A DNA stretch of 64,000 bases from Pseudoxanthomonas sp. (lineage in GTDB: Bacteria; Pseudomonadota; Gammaproteobacteria; Xanthomonadales; Xanthomonadaceae): contig JBDTPP010000001.1 of NCBI GenBank assembly GCA_039932615.1, positions 4,854 through 68,853 on the forward strand, given 5' to 3'. A program made the position numbers and the translations under genes. Below the pieces are notes generated by a model, which was given only the letters and a program-made list of their open reading frames with translations, was not told the DNA's origin and ran no database searches. Positions 48,407 to 58,889 of this stretch are shown here, in pieces. The stretch's first letter is position 1; each line of letters starts with the position of its first letter.

Positions 48407-49282
48407 TTACTGCGCAATGATCACATCCGCGGCACGGCTGCGGCTGCCCTCGCCCTTGCCTGCCACCTGCAGGCGCGTCTTGGCCACACCGGCATCCTGC
48501 AGTGCGTTGCGCACGCTGTCGGCACGGCGCTGGCCCGGGGTCTGCTTGTCGCCGAAGCCTTCGATCCTTGCCTTGGCCTTGGGGTTGGCCTGCAGGTAGG
48601 CAGCCAACGCGGAAACGCTGGAGGTGCCCGCCGCCGACAGACTGGATTGGCCTGCATTGAAGGCGCCGGCACCCAGGGTGAAAACTTCACCGCGGGCATC
48701 GAACTTTGATGCCGGCAGTTTGGCCCCGGACATCAGTTCGGCCTCCTGGCGGGCCAGTTGCGCTTCCTTCTGGCGCGCGGCACTGAGTTTCGCGGTCTGC
48801 TGCCCGGCCACCGAAGTCAGCATTTCCTCGGCATCCTGGCGGGCCAGGGTCTCGGCTTCGGCAGCCACGCGCAGACGCTCGGCTTCCTCCGCCTGGATCT
48901 GGGCCTGCACGCGCAGGCGTTCGGATTCCTGGCGCGCGCGCGCTGCATCACGGCGACTGGCTTCGATCAGCAGTTGGCTGCGGGTACGGTCGAGGCGATC
49001 TGCTTCGCGCTGCGCCGATTCGGCACGGGCTGCGGTTTCGGCGGTCTCGACCCGGCGATCGGCGATATACAGGGCGCTTTCGCGCTGCTTGCCGCGCGCC
49101 TTGGCCAGCACCGCCACGGCCTGTTGCGCCTGCAACCGTTCGTAGGCCGCGACCTCGACCAGTTGCGGGTTGGATTGCAACGCAGCCAAGCGCTGGTTCA
49201 ATTCGGTCACCTCGGGGCGGTCGGCGGCCAATGCCGGCAACGCAGCCAGTAAAACAGCGCAAGCCATCAGCTTCCATTTCAT
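48407..49282 (-). CDS. Secreted coiled-coil protein with degenerate OmpA-like C-terminal domain (Upt cluster)
   Basis: Signal peptide, long helical region, ARIEGFGD...QRRADSVRNAL. Confidence 0.8.
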   Translation of the reverse strand: MKWKLMACAVLLAALPALAADRPEVTELNQRLAALQSNPQLVEVAAYERLQAQQAVAVLAKARGKQRESALYIADRRVETAETAARAESAQREADRLDRTRSQLLIEASRRDAARARQESERLRVQAQIQAEEAERLRVAAEAETLARQDAEEMLTSVAGQQTAKLSAARQKEAQLARQEAELMSGAKLPASKFDARGEVFTLGAGAFNAGQSSLSAAGTSSVSALAAYLQANPKAKARIEGFGDKQTPGQRRADSVRNALQDAGVAKTRLQVAGKGEGSRSRAADVIIAQ

Positions 49283-49677
49283 CGTGTCTCTCCGTCGCCG
49301 AGGGTGCGCTGGAGTTCGCTGATTTCCTGGCGACGCTGCTGCAACCGGGCATTGGCCACGGCTTCGTCGCTGCGCGCGCGCGCCAGATCGGCATCGACGG
49401 TCGCGCGCAGGGCCAGGCCCGGCGCAAGCTTGCGATCGCGACGGCTGGCACCTGCGGCCTGCGCCTGGGCCAGGGCCGTTCGTGCCGAATCCAGCAGCTC
49501 GGGTGCGTACTGGTCCGCATCGGCCTGGTCCGCGCGAGTGACTGCCTGCTGCGCAGCGACGAGCTCGGGGATACCGGCAACCTGGGCATGCACGGGGGCA
49601 GCCAGCGCCGCAATCAGGGCGAAAGCGCCAACGGTCACACACAGGGATCGGCGGAATTGTGCGAAGCTAGGATGCAT
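49279..49677 (-). CDS. DUF4398-like secreted protein
   Basis: Signal peptide, AQQAVTRADQADADQYAPELL. Confidence 0.75.
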   Translation of the reverse strand: MHPSFAQFRRSLCVTVGAFALIAALAAPVHAQVAGIPELVAAQQAVTRADQADADQYAPELLDSARTALAQAQAAGASRRDRKLAPGLALRATVDADLARARSDEAVANARLQQRRQEISELQRTLGDGETR

Positions 49678-49772
49678 TGGAGTGCCGTTGCGTCAAGGGG
49701 AATGCGCGGCCATTGTCGGAAGCCTGCGTCGCACATGCAAACGGTGCGCGCCATTGTTGGGGATCACCACAC

Positions 49773-50915
49773 ATGGATATCGGCTATTTTCTCAAGCTGA
49801 TGACGGAAAAGAACGCCTCGGACATGTTCCTGACCACCGGGGCACCTGTCTACATCAAGATCGAAGGCAAGCTTTATCCGCTCGGCAACACTGGCCTGCC
49901 CGCCGGCATGGTCAAGAAGATCGCCTATTCGCTGATGGACGAAGGCCAGGTACCGATTTTCGAGCGCGAACTGGAGCTGAACATGGCCCTCGCCCTGCAG
50001 GATGCCGGCCGCTTCCGCATCAACGTGTTCAAGCAGCGTGGCGAAGTAGGCATGGTGATCCGCGCCATCCGCAGCATCATTCCCAGCATCGAGGAACTGA
50101 ACCTTCCGCAGGTGCTGAAGGACATCATCATGACCCCACGCGGGCTGGTGCTGCTGGTCGGTTCCACGGGCTCGGGCAAGTCGACGTCACTGGCTTCCAT
50201 GATCGATCATCGCAACAGCACCACCACCGGGCACATCCTGACCATCGAGGATCCGATCGAATACCTGCACAAGCACAAGCAGTCGATCGTCAACCAGCGC
50301 GAAGTCGGCCTGGATACGCACGCCTTCCACAACGCGCTGAAGAACGCGATGCGCGAAGCACCGGACGTGATCCTGATCGGCGAGATCCTGGACGCGACCA
50401 CCATGGAAGCGGCGATCGCCTTCGCCGAAACCGGCCACCTGTGCCTGGCAACTCTGCACTCGAACAACGCTGACCAGACCATCGAACGCATCCTCAACTT
50501 CTTCCCCGAGACTGCGCACAAGAACGTGCTGATGAACCTGGCACTGAACCTGCGCGCAGTCGTGTCGCAACGCCTGGTCAAGGGCAAGGACGGCCGGCGC
50601 ATTCCTGCCGCGGAAGTGCTGATCAACACGCCGATGATCCGCGACCTGTTGCGCCGCGGCCAGGTCCACGAGGTCAAGGCAGCCATGGAAGCCTCTCTGG
50701 AGGACGGCATGGAATCGTTCGACCAGTGCCTGTTCCGCATGGTCAAGGAAGGCCGCATCGAGCAGGAGGAAGCGCTGCGTGCGGCGGATTCACGCGACGG
50801 ACTGGCCCTGAAATTCCGCCTCTCAGAGGGCAGCAGTGGTGAACACGACCCGTATGCGGACTACGATGCGGCTTCGGCCGGTGCATCGCCGCGGATCACC
50901 CAGGGTTTCGGCTGA
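49773..50915 (+). CDS. PilT/PilU-family type IV pilus ATPase (UptC-like)
   Basis: ASDMFL, GSTGSGKST, TIEDPIE, REAPDVILIGE, TGHLCLATLH. Confidence 0.93.
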   Translation: MDIGYFLKLMTEKNASDMFLTTGAPVYIKIEGKLYPLGNTGLPAGMVKKIAYSLMDEGQVPIFERELELNMALALQDAGRFRINVFKQRGEVGMVIRAIRSIIPSIEELNLPQVLKDIIMTPRGLVLLVGSTGSGKSTSLASMIDHRNSTTTGHILTIEDPIEYLHKHKQSIVNQREVGLDTHAFHNALKNAMREAPDVILIGEILDATTMEAAIAFAETGHLCLATLHSNNADQTIERILNFFPETAHKNVLMNLALNLRAVVSQRLVKGKDGRRIPAAEVLINTPMIRDLLRRGQVHEVKAAMEASLEDGMESFDQCLFRMVKEGRIEQEEALRAADSRDGLALKFRLSEGSSGEHDPYADYDAASAGASPRITQGFG

Positions 50916-50924
50916 TCTTCCAAG

Positions 50925-51590
50925 TCAGGCCGGCTGTTGCGCGTCCGGCTGCTTGTCCGGACGCGCTTCGATAAAGGCGGGCAATTCCTGGCAGGCCGCA
51001 TCTATCCGCGAAATCGTCGGGAATACAGCCATGTCCACGCCAAAGCGGCGGGCATTGAAAACCTGCGGTACCAGGCAGCAGTCGGCCAGCCCTGGCACCT
51101 GCCCATGGCAGAACTCACCCGTCGCCGGGTCTCCCTCCAGCAACGCCTCCATCGCCTCGAAGCCTTCGGCTATCCAGTGCCTGACCCATTCATCGCGCTC
51201 GGATTGCGGCACGCTCCAGGTCTGTTCGAAGTAGCGCAACACCCGCAGGTTGCTGAGCGGGTGGATGTCACTGGCGACCAATTGCGCAAGTCCGCGGACG
51301 CGCGCGCGGTCGCGTGCGGTCATCGGCAGGAGGCGCGGCGAGGGCCACGCTTCGTCCAGGTACTCCAGGATCGCCAGCGACTGGCGGATCACTCGCACCC
51401 CATGCATCAATGTAGGCACCAGCCGTTGCGGGTTGATCGCCGCATATTCGGCTTGGTGCTGCTCACCGCCGTCACGGACCAGATGGACCGGCAAGGTCTC
51501 GTAAGCCAGCCCCTTCAGGTTGAGGCCAATTCGCACTCGATAGGCGGCGCTGGATCGCCAGTAGGAATAGAGCCTCAGTTGCTCGCTCAT
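50925..51590 (-). CDS. maiA: Maleylacetoacetate isomerase (GST zeta)
   Basis: YSYWRSSAAYRVRI, QSLAILEYL, DIHPL.NLRVL. Confidence 0.93.
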   Translation of the reverse strand: MSEQLRLYSYWRSSAAYRVRIGLNLKGLAYETLPVHLVRDGGEQHQAEYAAINPQRLVPTLMHGVRVIRQSLAILEYLDEAWPSPRLLPMTARDRARVRGLAQLVASDIHPLSNLRVLRYFEQTWSVPQSERDEWVRHWIAEGFEAMEALLEGDPATGEFCHGQVPGLADCCLVPQVFNARRFGVDMAVFPTISRIDAACQELPAFIEARPDKQPDAQQPA

Positions 51591-51692
51591 GCGTGAGGCA
51601 CCGGGAAGTGGGTGGCGATGGGGAAACAGCTGTGGTGCATGGGTCGAAGCCTGTGTGTGCCGCTTGTCCCACTTATGTGCCAGCCGCCCTAC

Positions 51693-52682
51693 TCACGGCA
51701 AGGGTTGTTGCTCGATCCGCTGCTCGATTGCGCCGAAAATGAGACTTCCATCACTGTTTGCCATCTCAATCCGGACGAGGTCGCCGAATTTCATGAATGG
51801 GGTACTCGGCTTGCCGTCGCGCAGGGTTTCCACGGTGCGCTTCTCGGCAAAGCAGGAAGCGCCCTTGGACGTATCCTGGTTGGCGATGGTCCCGGAACCG
51901 ACGATGGCGCCGGCCGAAAGCGGCCGGGTCCTGGCCGCATGCGCGACCAGCTGCGAGAAATCGAATTGCATGTCCACGCCTGCTTCCGGCGCACCGAACC
52001 ATTCGCCATTGATGTGCGTCAGCAACGGCAGGTGCACCTTGTTGTCGCGCCAGGCATCGCCCAGTTCATCCGGGGTCACGAACACCGGCGACAGCGCCGA
52101 GCGCGGCTTGGACTGCAGGAAGCCGAAGCCCTTGGCGAGTTCTCCGGGTATCAGGTTGCGCAGCGACACGTCGTTGACCAGCCCGATCAGCTGGATATGC
52201 GCAGCCGCCTGCTCCGGGGTCACCGCCATCGGCACGTCGTCGGTCACGACCACGATTTCCGCTTCCAGGTCGATGCCGTAGTCCTCGCTGACCACCCGCA
52301 CCGCGTCACGCGGTCCAAGGAAACCTGCGCTCGTGGCCTGGTACATCAACGGATCGGTGTAGAAACTTTCAGGCACTTCGGCACCACGCGCGCGGCGCAC
52401 CCGTTCGACGTGCGGAAGATAGGCGCTGCCGTCGAGGAATTCGTAGGCCCGTGGCAGGGGTGCCGCCAGCGCATTGAAATCGACTTCGAACACGCCGTCG
52501 GCATCGCCGGCGTTGAGCGATTCGGACAGGGCATTCAAGCGCGGCGCCAGGTTGGACCAGTCCTCAAGCGCGGCCTGCAGGGTCGAGGCGATGCCGGTGG
52601 CGCGTACCGCTTCGCGCAGATCACGCGAGACGACGATGAGGGTGCCATCGCGGCCTCCTTCCTTCAAAGAACCGAGTTTCAT
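51693..52682 (-). CDS. Fumarylacetoacetate hydrolase family protein
   Basis: MKLGSLKEGGRDG, DLEAE, NDVSLR, SKP, GSGT. Confidence 0.92.
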   Translation of the reverse strand: MKLGSLKEGGRDGTLIVVSRDLREAVRATGIASTLQAALEDWSNLAPRLNALSESLNAGDADGVFEVDFNALAAPLPRAYEFLDGSAYLPHVERVRRARGAEVPESFYTDPLMYQATSAGFLGPRDAVRVVSEDYGIDLEAEIVVVTDDVPMAVTPEQAAAHIQLIGLVNDVSLRNLIPGELAKGFGFLQSKPRSALSPVFVTPDELGDAWRDNKVHLPLLTHINGEWFGAPEAGVDMQFDFSQLVAHAARTRPLSAGAIVGSGTIANQDTSKGASCFAEKRTVETLRDGKPSTPFMKFGDLVRIEMANSDGSLIFGAIEQRIEQQPLP

Positions 52683-52951
52683 CTGAGAGCTCCAAAACCA
52701 ATTAAGAGTAACCAGGCAGTAGTAACAAGCGTGGGCAGCCCATGGACCCATTTCAAACCGACACGGTTACGATTTAGAAAATCCCACTCGGGCCGCAGAC
52801 AAACAATGGTCGCCATCAACGCGAGCGCCAGGAACGCTTCCGCTTGCGTGTCGAGCAAAGGGGCAATGGACGCGAACGCCACCGGAATTGCATAGCCTAC
52901 AAGTTCCTGCAAGCCGCTGCTGACAGCCGGGCTCGTATCGGGCTTCTCCAT
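52679..52951 (-). CDS. Small hypothetical membrane protein
   Basis: 90 aa, about 3 hydrophobic segments, GGAG RBS, ATGA overlap with the FAH gene. Confidence 0.5.
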   Translation of the reverse strand: MEKPDTSPAVSSGLQELVGYAIPVAFASIAPLLDTQAEAFLALALMATIVCLRPEWDFLNRNRVGLKWVHGLPTLVTTAWLLLIGFGALR

Positions 52952-53047
52952 GCCTACTCCAATTCATTCCATGAAATCAGGAGCTGAGCAGAACAGTCGC
53001 GATGCAATAGGACCATTGGACAAAGATCGTATGGTTCAGACACCCGA

Positions 53048-53785
53048 TCAGCCTTCTCCTTGGAAGTTTTCCGCACGATAGGTCAGTACCAGCGTGTCGC
53101 GATAACCGTAGTCGCCCAGCGGTTGGATTGGCGTGGATTCATGGATCACGCGCTCATCGTCGAGCAGCATCAGCGTCCAGGGCTCGGTCAAGGTGAAGCG
53201 CTGGCCATCGGGGCCGGTGGCGTCGAAGACCCGGGTTTCGCCGCCGCTGATGCCATGGCGGTCGACCAGCAGCACCGCCACGAGATCCACGCCGTCCCTA
53301 TGCGCACCTTCCGGCGTGGGCCGGCCGATGCCGTCGGTGGTATCGATACGGAACTGGTGGGCTTCCACATACCAGGGCTGCGTGCCCTTCAGCGCGGTAC
53401 ATGTCCCGGCCAAAGCCTGCAGCAAGCGTGTCCACGCCGGTTGCGCGACCGTGTCTGCCTGGATCGGCTCGAACCAGCGGCGCATGCCGCCATGCAGCGC
53501 GTTGTATTCCTCGGACTGCCAATGGGCGCGATGCGGCGCCTGGACGAGGTTGCCGTGGTCGGAAACGAAACAGGAATGCCGCCGCTTGCGGTAATTGCCG
53601 CCATCTTTCAGGTAATGATCCGGCTGCAGGTTGTCCCAGGCCGGTTTCAACCCGTCCAGTGCCTGCGGCCCGAAGCCGCACAGGGCCGCCACGCCGGCCG
53701 GCGCCAGCACCACATAGCCGCGTTCGCGCAGTTGCGGCACCACGGCTTGCGGCTCGATGAAAGGGGGAAGGAAGGTGGCGACCAT
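53048..53785 (-). CDS. 2OG-Fe(II) dioxygenase family protein
   Basis: YRKRR, EAHQFRI, PEGAHRDG (HxD), HESTP, RDTLVLTY. Confidence 0.88.
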   Translation of the reverse strand: MVATFLPPFIEPQAVVPQLRERGYVVLAPAGVAALCGFGPQALDGLKPAWDNLQPDHYLKDGGNYRKRRHSCFVSDHGNLVQAPHRAHWQSEEYNALHGGMRRWFEPIQADTVAQPAWTRLLQALAGTCTALKGTQPWYVEAHQFRIDTTDGIGRPTPEGAHRDGVDLVAVLLVDRHGISGGETRVFDATGPDGQRFTLTEPWTLMLLDDERVIHESTPIQPLGDYGYRDTLVLTYRAENFQGEG

Positions 53786-53876
53786 CTTTCAGTTCACTCC
53801 CTGCGGAAGACGCTCTGTGAATCACGCTCAATGGAACTCACCGTGCGCAACACACCCTGCGCAGCATGGGCCGGAA

Positions 53877-53910
53877 AAGCAAAAACCCGCTCGGGGCGGG
53901 CTTCTGCTGC
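53877..53910 (-). terminator. Terminator after tRNA-Gln
   Basis: Minus strand GCAGAAGCCCGCCCCGAGCGGGTTTTTGCTTT. Confidence 0.6.
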
Positions 53911-53956
53911 TGGGGCGTATTGCCTGCCCTGGCGTTTATTGCATGCGACCTTCAAG

Positions 53957-54031
53957 TGGCTGCCCCGGATGGATTCGAACCACCGAATGTCTGCGTCAGA
54001 GGCAGATGCCTTACCGCTTGGCGACGGGGCA
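53957..54031 (-). tRNA. tRNA-Gln (anticodon CTG)
   Basis: TGCCCCGTCGCCAAGCGGTAAGGCA-TCTGC-CTCTGAC-GCAGA-CATTCGGTGGTTCGAATCCATCCGGGGCAGCCA; cloverleaf with encoded CCA. Confidence 0.96.
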
Positions 54032-54073
54032 ACAGGTACTTGGTAAAGGTAACGCCTTGTAGAACCTTGTCGA

Positions 54074-54484
54074 TTAACGCTTCGAGAACTGGGTGGCGCG
54101 GCGTGCCTTGTGCAGGCCGACCTTCTTGCGCTCGACTTCGCGGGCATCGCGGGTCATGAAACCGGCCTTGCGCAGCTCGCTCTTCAGCGTTTCATCGTAC
54201 TCCACCAGCGCGCGGGCGATACCCAGGCGGATGGCGCCGGCCTGGCCGGTGGTGCCGCCGCCGGTGGTGGTGGCCATGATATCGAACGACTCGGTGTTCT
54301 TGGTCAGCTCCAGCGGCTGGCGCACGATCATGCGGGCGGTTTCACGACCGAAGAACTCGTCCAGCGGACGGCCATTGACGACGATGGCGCCCGTGCCCTT
54401 GCGCAGGAACACGCGGGCGATGGAGGACTTGCGACGGCCGGTGCCGTAATTCTGGGCGGAGCTCTTGTTGGATGCGGTGGCCAT
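54074..54484 (-). CDS. rpsI: 30S ribosomal protein S9
   Basis: [39 protein letters not shown]. Confidence 0.98.
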   Translation of the reverse strand: MATASNKSSAQNYGTGRRKSSIARVFLRKGTGAIVVNGRPLDEFFGRETARMIVRQPLELTKNTESFDIMATTTGGGTTGQAGAIRLGIARALVEYDETLKSELRKAGFMTRDAREVERKKVGLHKARRATQFSKR

Positions 54485-54486
54485 GA

Positions 54487-54915
54487 TCAGATATCCAGGA
54501 CTTGCGGCTGTTGGGCGGCGTGCGGGTGATTGGGGCCTGCGTAGACCTTGAGCTTGCGGTACATCTCGCGGCCCAGGGTGTTCTTCGGCAGCATGCCCTT
54601 GACGGCGATCTCGATCACGCGCTCGGGGTGGCGCTCCAGCGCCTGGCCCAGGGTTTCGCTCTTGAGGTTGCCGATGTAACCGGTGAACCGGTAATACATC
54701 TTGTCGGCCAGCTTGTTGCCGGTCACGTGGATCTTCTCGGCATTGATCACCACGAGGTAATCACCGGTATCAACGTGCGGGGTGTACACGGGCTTGTGCT
54801 TGCCGCGGAGGCGACGGGCCAGCTCCGTGGACAGGCGACCGAGGGTCTTGCCTGCGGCGTCAACGACGAACCAGTCGCGCTGGACGGTCTCGGACTTGGC
54901 ACTAAACGTTTTCAT
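54487..54915 (-). CDS. rplM: 50S ribosomal protein L13
   Basis: [34 protein letters not shown]; real start 54915. Confidence 0.98.
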   Translation of the reverse strand: MKTFSAKSETVQRDWFVVDAAGKTLGRLSTELARRLRGKHKPVYTPHVDTGDYLVVINAEKIHVTGNKLADKMYYRFTGYIGNLKSETLGQALERHPERVIEIAVKGMLPKNTLGREMYRKLKVYAGPNHPHAAQQPQVLDI

Positions 54916-55106
54916 GAAGGAGCTCGATGTTGTTTGGTCGGGCTGATTCCAGCAGGGAAAACCCGGCGGAACTTTGCCTCGCGTTGTGAATGGCGGAACA
55001 CAAGAGCGGGAATTGTACGGACCCGCCCCCTGCTTTGCAAGCCGGGCAATCCGTCCGATACGGGAGTCAAACCCGCCCGCAGACTGCGTGCGACCAAGGC
55101 GGCACA

Positions 55107-55760
55107 ATGACGGCCATGACCGCACAACGCACCCTTTCCCCCCTCGACCGACTGTTGGTTGATGCCCAGAACGCCCTCGGCACGCTGGCCGGCAAACCAA
55201 TGGCCCGCCGTCCCAACCCCGCCGCAGCCACCCCGGAAGTGGAACTTGACGCCAGCGAGCGCCGCCACGCCGCCGGCCTGATGCGCATCAACCATGTGGG
55301 CGAGGTCTGCGCCCAGGGCCTGTACTTCGGCCAGGCCGCGGTCGCCCGTGATGCGCAGACCCGCGAGCACCTGCTGGAGGCGGCCCAGGAAGAAACCGAC
55401 CACCTGGCCTGGTGCAGCGAACGACTACGGGAACTGGACAGCCGCCCCAGCCTGTTCAATCCACTCTGGTATGCCGGCAGCTATTCGCTGGGCGTGCTGG
55501 CCGGTTTGCGCGGCGACGGCTGGAATCTGGGCTTCGTGGTCGAAACCGAGCACCAGGTCGAAGCCCACCTGGAAGAACACCTGCAAACCCTGCCGGAAGC
55601 CGACCTGCGCAGCCGCGAGATCCTCAAGGTAATGAAGGCCGACGAAGCCCGCCATGCCGAGAATGCCGAACAGGCCGGTGCGCGCCTCCTGCCGCAGCCG
55701 ATTCCTGCGCTGATGGCAGCGGCTTCCAACCTCATGAAAGCCGTCGCCTACCGCATCTGA
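55107..55760 (+). CDS. coq7: Demethoxyubiquinone hydroxylase
   Basis: [36 protein letters not shown] di-iron motifs; start 55107 or 55116. Confidence 0.95.
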   Translation: MTAMTAQRTLSPLDRLLVDAQNALGTLAGKPMARRPNPAAATPEVELDASERRHAAGLMRINHVGEVCAQGLYFGQAAVARDAQTREHLLEAAQEETDHLAWCSERLRELDSRPSLFNPLWYAGSYSLGVLAGLRGDGWNLGFVVETEHQVEAHLEEHLQTLPEADLRSREILKVMKADEARHAENAEQAGARLLPQPIPALMAAASNLMKAVAYRI

Positions 55761-55775
55761 GAAATCGCTGTAATC

Positions 55776-55842
55776 GTGGCAGCGACGTGAGTCGCGACAG
55801 GCGGCGCGGCGAACAAGGCATCGCGACTCACGTCGCTCCCAC
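55776..55842. repeat. GTAG-family REP doublet
   Basis: GTGGCAGCGACGTGAGTCGCGA ... TCGCGACTCACGTCGCTCCCAC. Confidence 0.8.
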
Positions 55843-55851
55843 ATTGCGTGG

Positions 55852-56169
55852 CTAGGGCGAGACCAACTTCAGCCCGACCACGCCCGCAATGATCAGGGCG
55901 ATGCAACCCAGTCGCGCCGGCGAGGCGCTTTCCGAAAAAAGAATGACGCCCAAGGTGGCCACTCCCACCGCACCGATACCGGTCCAGATCGCGTAAGCCG
56001 TGCCGACGGGAATCGTGCGCAAGGCTTGGGTCAGCAGCCACAGGCTGATGCCCGCGGCGATCACCGTGCCCACGCTGGGCCACAGCCGGGTGAACCCCTC
56101 GGTGTATTTCAGGCCAATGGCGAAGCCAATCTCGAAAATTCCGGCAAGCAACAGATAGATCCAGGGCAT
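55852..56169 (-). CDS. sugE: SMR-family guanidinium exporter (Gdx/SugE)
   Basis: [36 protein letters not shown]. Confidence 0.93.
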   Translation of the reverse strand: MPWIYLLLAGIFEIGFAIGLKYTEGFTRLWPSVGTVIAAGISLWLLTQALRTIPVGTAYAIWTGIGAVGVATLGVILFSESASPARLGCIALIIAGVVGLKLVSP

Positions 56170-56233
56170 GGCGCTCTCCTCGGCAGTCATGAAAGGGGGC
56201 ATGAAAAGAAAACGGCCCGGAGCTTTCGCCACG

Positions 56234-56291
56234 GACCGTCGTCGGTCTTTTTGTCGCAGAATATAGAATCCCTGCGTGCGGGTCGTCCCGC
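56234..56291 (-). ncRNA. Guanidine-II (mini-ykkC) riboswitch
   Basis: Two hairpins with ACGA tetraloops, GCGGG-ACGA-CCCGC and GACCG-ACGA-CGGTC, with a 30-nt linker, upstream of sugE. Confidence 0.85.
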
Positions 56292-56362
56292 CTGTTTTCA
56301 GGTTCAAAGGACAAGGCGGCAATAGCGAATCCCACGCAACCCCAAGTGCAAGCCACCGGCCT

Positions 56363-57157
56363 TTACTCGACCAGGTTGCGCCCGTGGAACAGTTCCTCGA
56401 TCTCGCGCTTCAGCAGCGCCTCGATCTTCATGCGTTCCTTGAACGACAGGTTCTTGGCCTTTTCCTCGAACAGGTACTGGTCCAGGTCGAAGTCCTTCAG
56501 GTGCATCTTGGTGTGGAAGATGTTTTCCTGGTAGACGTTGACGTCGAACATCTCGTAGCGCGACTTGATGTTCTTGGCCAGGAAGTCCTGGATCGAATTG
56601 ATCTTGTGGTCGATGTAATGCTTTTTGCCCTTGACGTCGCGGGTGAAGCCACGCACGCGGTAGTCGGCCACCACGATATCGGACTCGAAGCTCTCGATCA
56701 GGTAGTTCAGCGCCTTCAACGGCGAGATCACGCCGCAGGTGGCCACGTCGATGTCGGCGCGGAAGGTGGCGATGCCGTGCTGTGGATGCGTTTCAGGATA
56801 GGTGTGGACGGTGATGTGGCTCTTGTCCAGGTGCGCGACCACGGCATCCGAGATGATCTCCTTGCCGGCCATCGCCTTGTCGATCACCGGTTCCTCGGAG
56901 ATCAGGATGGTCACCGAGGCGCCCTGCGGGTCGTAGTCCTGGCGGGCCACGTTGAGGATGTTGGCGCCAATGATGTCGGCCACATCCGTCAGGATCTGGG
57001 TCAGGCGATCGGCGTTGTATTCCTCGTCGATGTACGCGATGTAGCGCTGGCGTTCCTCTTCGGAAACCGCGTAGCAGACATCGTAGATATTGAAGCTCAG
57101 TGCCTTGGTCAGGTTGTTGAACCCTTGCAGCCTGAGGCGCGGAAGCGGTTTGACCAC
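56363..57157 (-). CDS. speD: S-adenosylmethionine decarboxylase proenzyme
   Basis: [37 protein letters not shown]. Confidence 0.96.
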   Translation of the reverse strand: MVKPLPRLRLQGFNNLTKALSFNIYDVCYAVSEEERQRYIAYIDEEYNADRLTQILTDVADIIGANILNVARQDYDPQGASVTILISEEPVIDKAMAGKEIISDAVVAHLDKSHITVHTYPETHPQHGIATFRADIDVATCGVISPLKALNYLIESFESDIVVADYRVRGFTRDVKGKKHYIDHKINSIQDFLAKNIKSRYEMFDVNVYQENIFHTKMHLKDFDLDQYLFEEKAKNLSFKERMKIEALLKREIEELFHGRNLVE

Positions 57158-57300
57158 GGCAATGATCCCTCTGGGGGAAACGGCGAGGGGCGCGATTATG
57201 CGGCAATTGGGGTGACAGGGAAATGTCTGGCTGGCCGGTGTTTGCCGTTGCGCACGTATTCAGACTAAGCTTCATGCATCCTCAAGCTTGAAATCCCCCG

Positions 57301-57987
57301 ATGAGCGTAGGTACACCGATTTCCAATCCCGCCCGCATCGCGTCCAGTCCGCTGACGCCCGATGCGGCCACGATCGAACGCTTCCTGGCGCATTGCCATC
57401 GCCGCCGCTATCCGGCGCGGGCCGACGTGTTCCGCCCCGGTGATCCGGCCGGGACCCTGTATTACGTGGTCAGCGGCTCGGTCAGCATCATTGCCGAGGA
57501 AGAAGACGACCGCGAACTGGTCCTGGGCTACTTCGGCACCGGTGAATTCGTCGGTGAGATGGGTCTGTTCATAGAATCCGATCGCCGTGAAGTGATCCTT
57601 CGCACCCGCACCCAGTGCGAACTGGCCGAGATCAGCTACGAGCGCCTGCATCAGCTGTTTGCGGGCACCCTGGTCGCCGATGCACCACGCCTGCTCTATT
57701 CGATCGGCTCGCAGCTGTCACGTCGCTTGCTGGAAACCAGCCGCAAGGCCAGCCGCCTGGCGTTCCTGGACGTGACCGACCGCATCGTCCGGACCCTGCA
57801 CGACCTGGCCCGCGAACCCGAAGCCATGAGCCACCCGCAAGGCACCCAGCTGCGCGTTTCGCGCCAGGAGCTGGCCCGCCTGGTCGGCTGCTCTCGCGAA
57901 ATGGCCGGACGCGTATTGAAGAAACAGCAGGCCGATGGCGTGCTGCATGCACGCGGAAAGACCGTCGTGCTGTACGGCACGCGCTGA
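57301..57987 (+). CDS. clp: CRP-family regulator (Clp/Vfr)
   Basis: cNMP-binding domain GEMGLF, LAFLDVTDRI, HTH SRQELARLVGCSREMAGRVL; divergent from speD. Confidence 0.93.
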   Translation: MSVGTPISNPARIASSPLTPDAATIERFLAHCHRRRYPARADVFRPGDPAGTLYYVVSGSVSIIAEEEDDRELVLGYFGTGEFVGEMGLFIESDRREVILRTRTQCELAEISYERLHQLFAGTLVADAPRLLYSIGSQLSRRLLETSRKASRLAFLDVTDRIVRTLHDLAREPEAMSHPQGTQLRVSRQELARLVGCSREMAGRVLKKQQADGVLHARGKTVVLYGTR

Positions 57988-58006
57988 CCGCACTGACTTG
58001 GGTATT

Positions 58007-58036
58007 GGAACAGGCGGGCTTCGGCCCGCCTGTTCC
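58007..58036 (+). terminator. Stable UUCG hairpin after clp
   Basis: GGAACAGGCGGGC-TTCG-GCCCGCCTGTTCC. Confidence 0.7.
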
Positions 58037-58169
58037 TATTCCACGATCTCATCCTGGACTTGGGCACCGAGCCGCGGATTCCTGGTTCTTGGTTCGTGAG
58101 TGCAGCTTTCTTCCACGAACCAGCTAGCACCACAACAAACTGTCCTTGATCGACATCGGTCTAACCCTC

Positions 58170-58889
58170 CTACCCCACTGGATCGCCAGCACGGTCCTTG
58201 CATCCCCAATTGAGGATAGGGGTGCCGGCAGGCAGCACACGGCGGAACATCTCCACCCGCTTGGCCTTGGGGTTCACCACCACCGGCGCACGCGCGGCCT
58301 GCAGCAGGGGCAGGTCGGCGCTGCTGTCGGAATAGGCAACGGCGATCTCGCCATAACCGCGCTCATGCAGCATTCGCACTTTCTCCTGGTTATGGCAGTG
58401 GCGCGTGGCGACCACCGCACCCAGACGCGGGCCTACCGCGGTGCCGATCACCGGCACGTCCTGGTGTGCGACGAACGCCAGGATCGCGCGCGCCAGTTCC
58501 GGTGGTGCGCCCGTCGCAATAACCACCCGGTCACCGGCAACGCGATGGCCGCACAGGACTTCCAGCGCCACCGGTAGCAGGCGGCGGCGGATCTCATCCT
58601 TGTGCGTCTCCACATACAGATCAAGCAACGCATCAAAACTGCGGCGGCCATGCAGGCCGAATGTCCCGATCCAGACATACGCGGAAATACCATGCCGGCG
58701 CGTTGGCAGCCACGCGACCATCGGCCCCAGCACCGGTGTAGCGGCAGTGGCCATGGCCGCGCGCAACGGATTGCGCTGCAGCAGCCAGCGCAACACGTGC
58801 CCGAAGGAATCGCCGTCATACAGCGTGTGGTCGAAATCGAAGACCACGACCGGTGCATCAGGCCGTGGCGCGGGATAGGTTTCACTCAT
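58170..58889 (-). CDS. HAD-IB family hydrolase
   Basis: [24 protein letters not shown]. Confidence 0.88.
   Translation of the reverse strand: MSETYPAPRPDAPVVVFDFDHTLYDGDSFGHVLRWLLQRNPLRAAMATAATPVLGPMVAWLPTRRHGISAYVWIGTFGLHGRRSFDALLDLYVETHKDEIRRRLLPVALEVLCGHRVAGDRVVIATGAPPELARAILAFVAHQDVPVIGTAVGPRLGAVVATRHCHNQEKVRMLHERGYGEIAVAYSDSSADLPLLQAARAPVVVNPKAKRVEMFRRVLPAGTPILNWGCKDRAGDPVG

Noticed and set aside
53048-54031. tRNA-Gln as an island or prophage integration site
   Set aside because: No integrase and no duplicated tRNA 3' end were seen.
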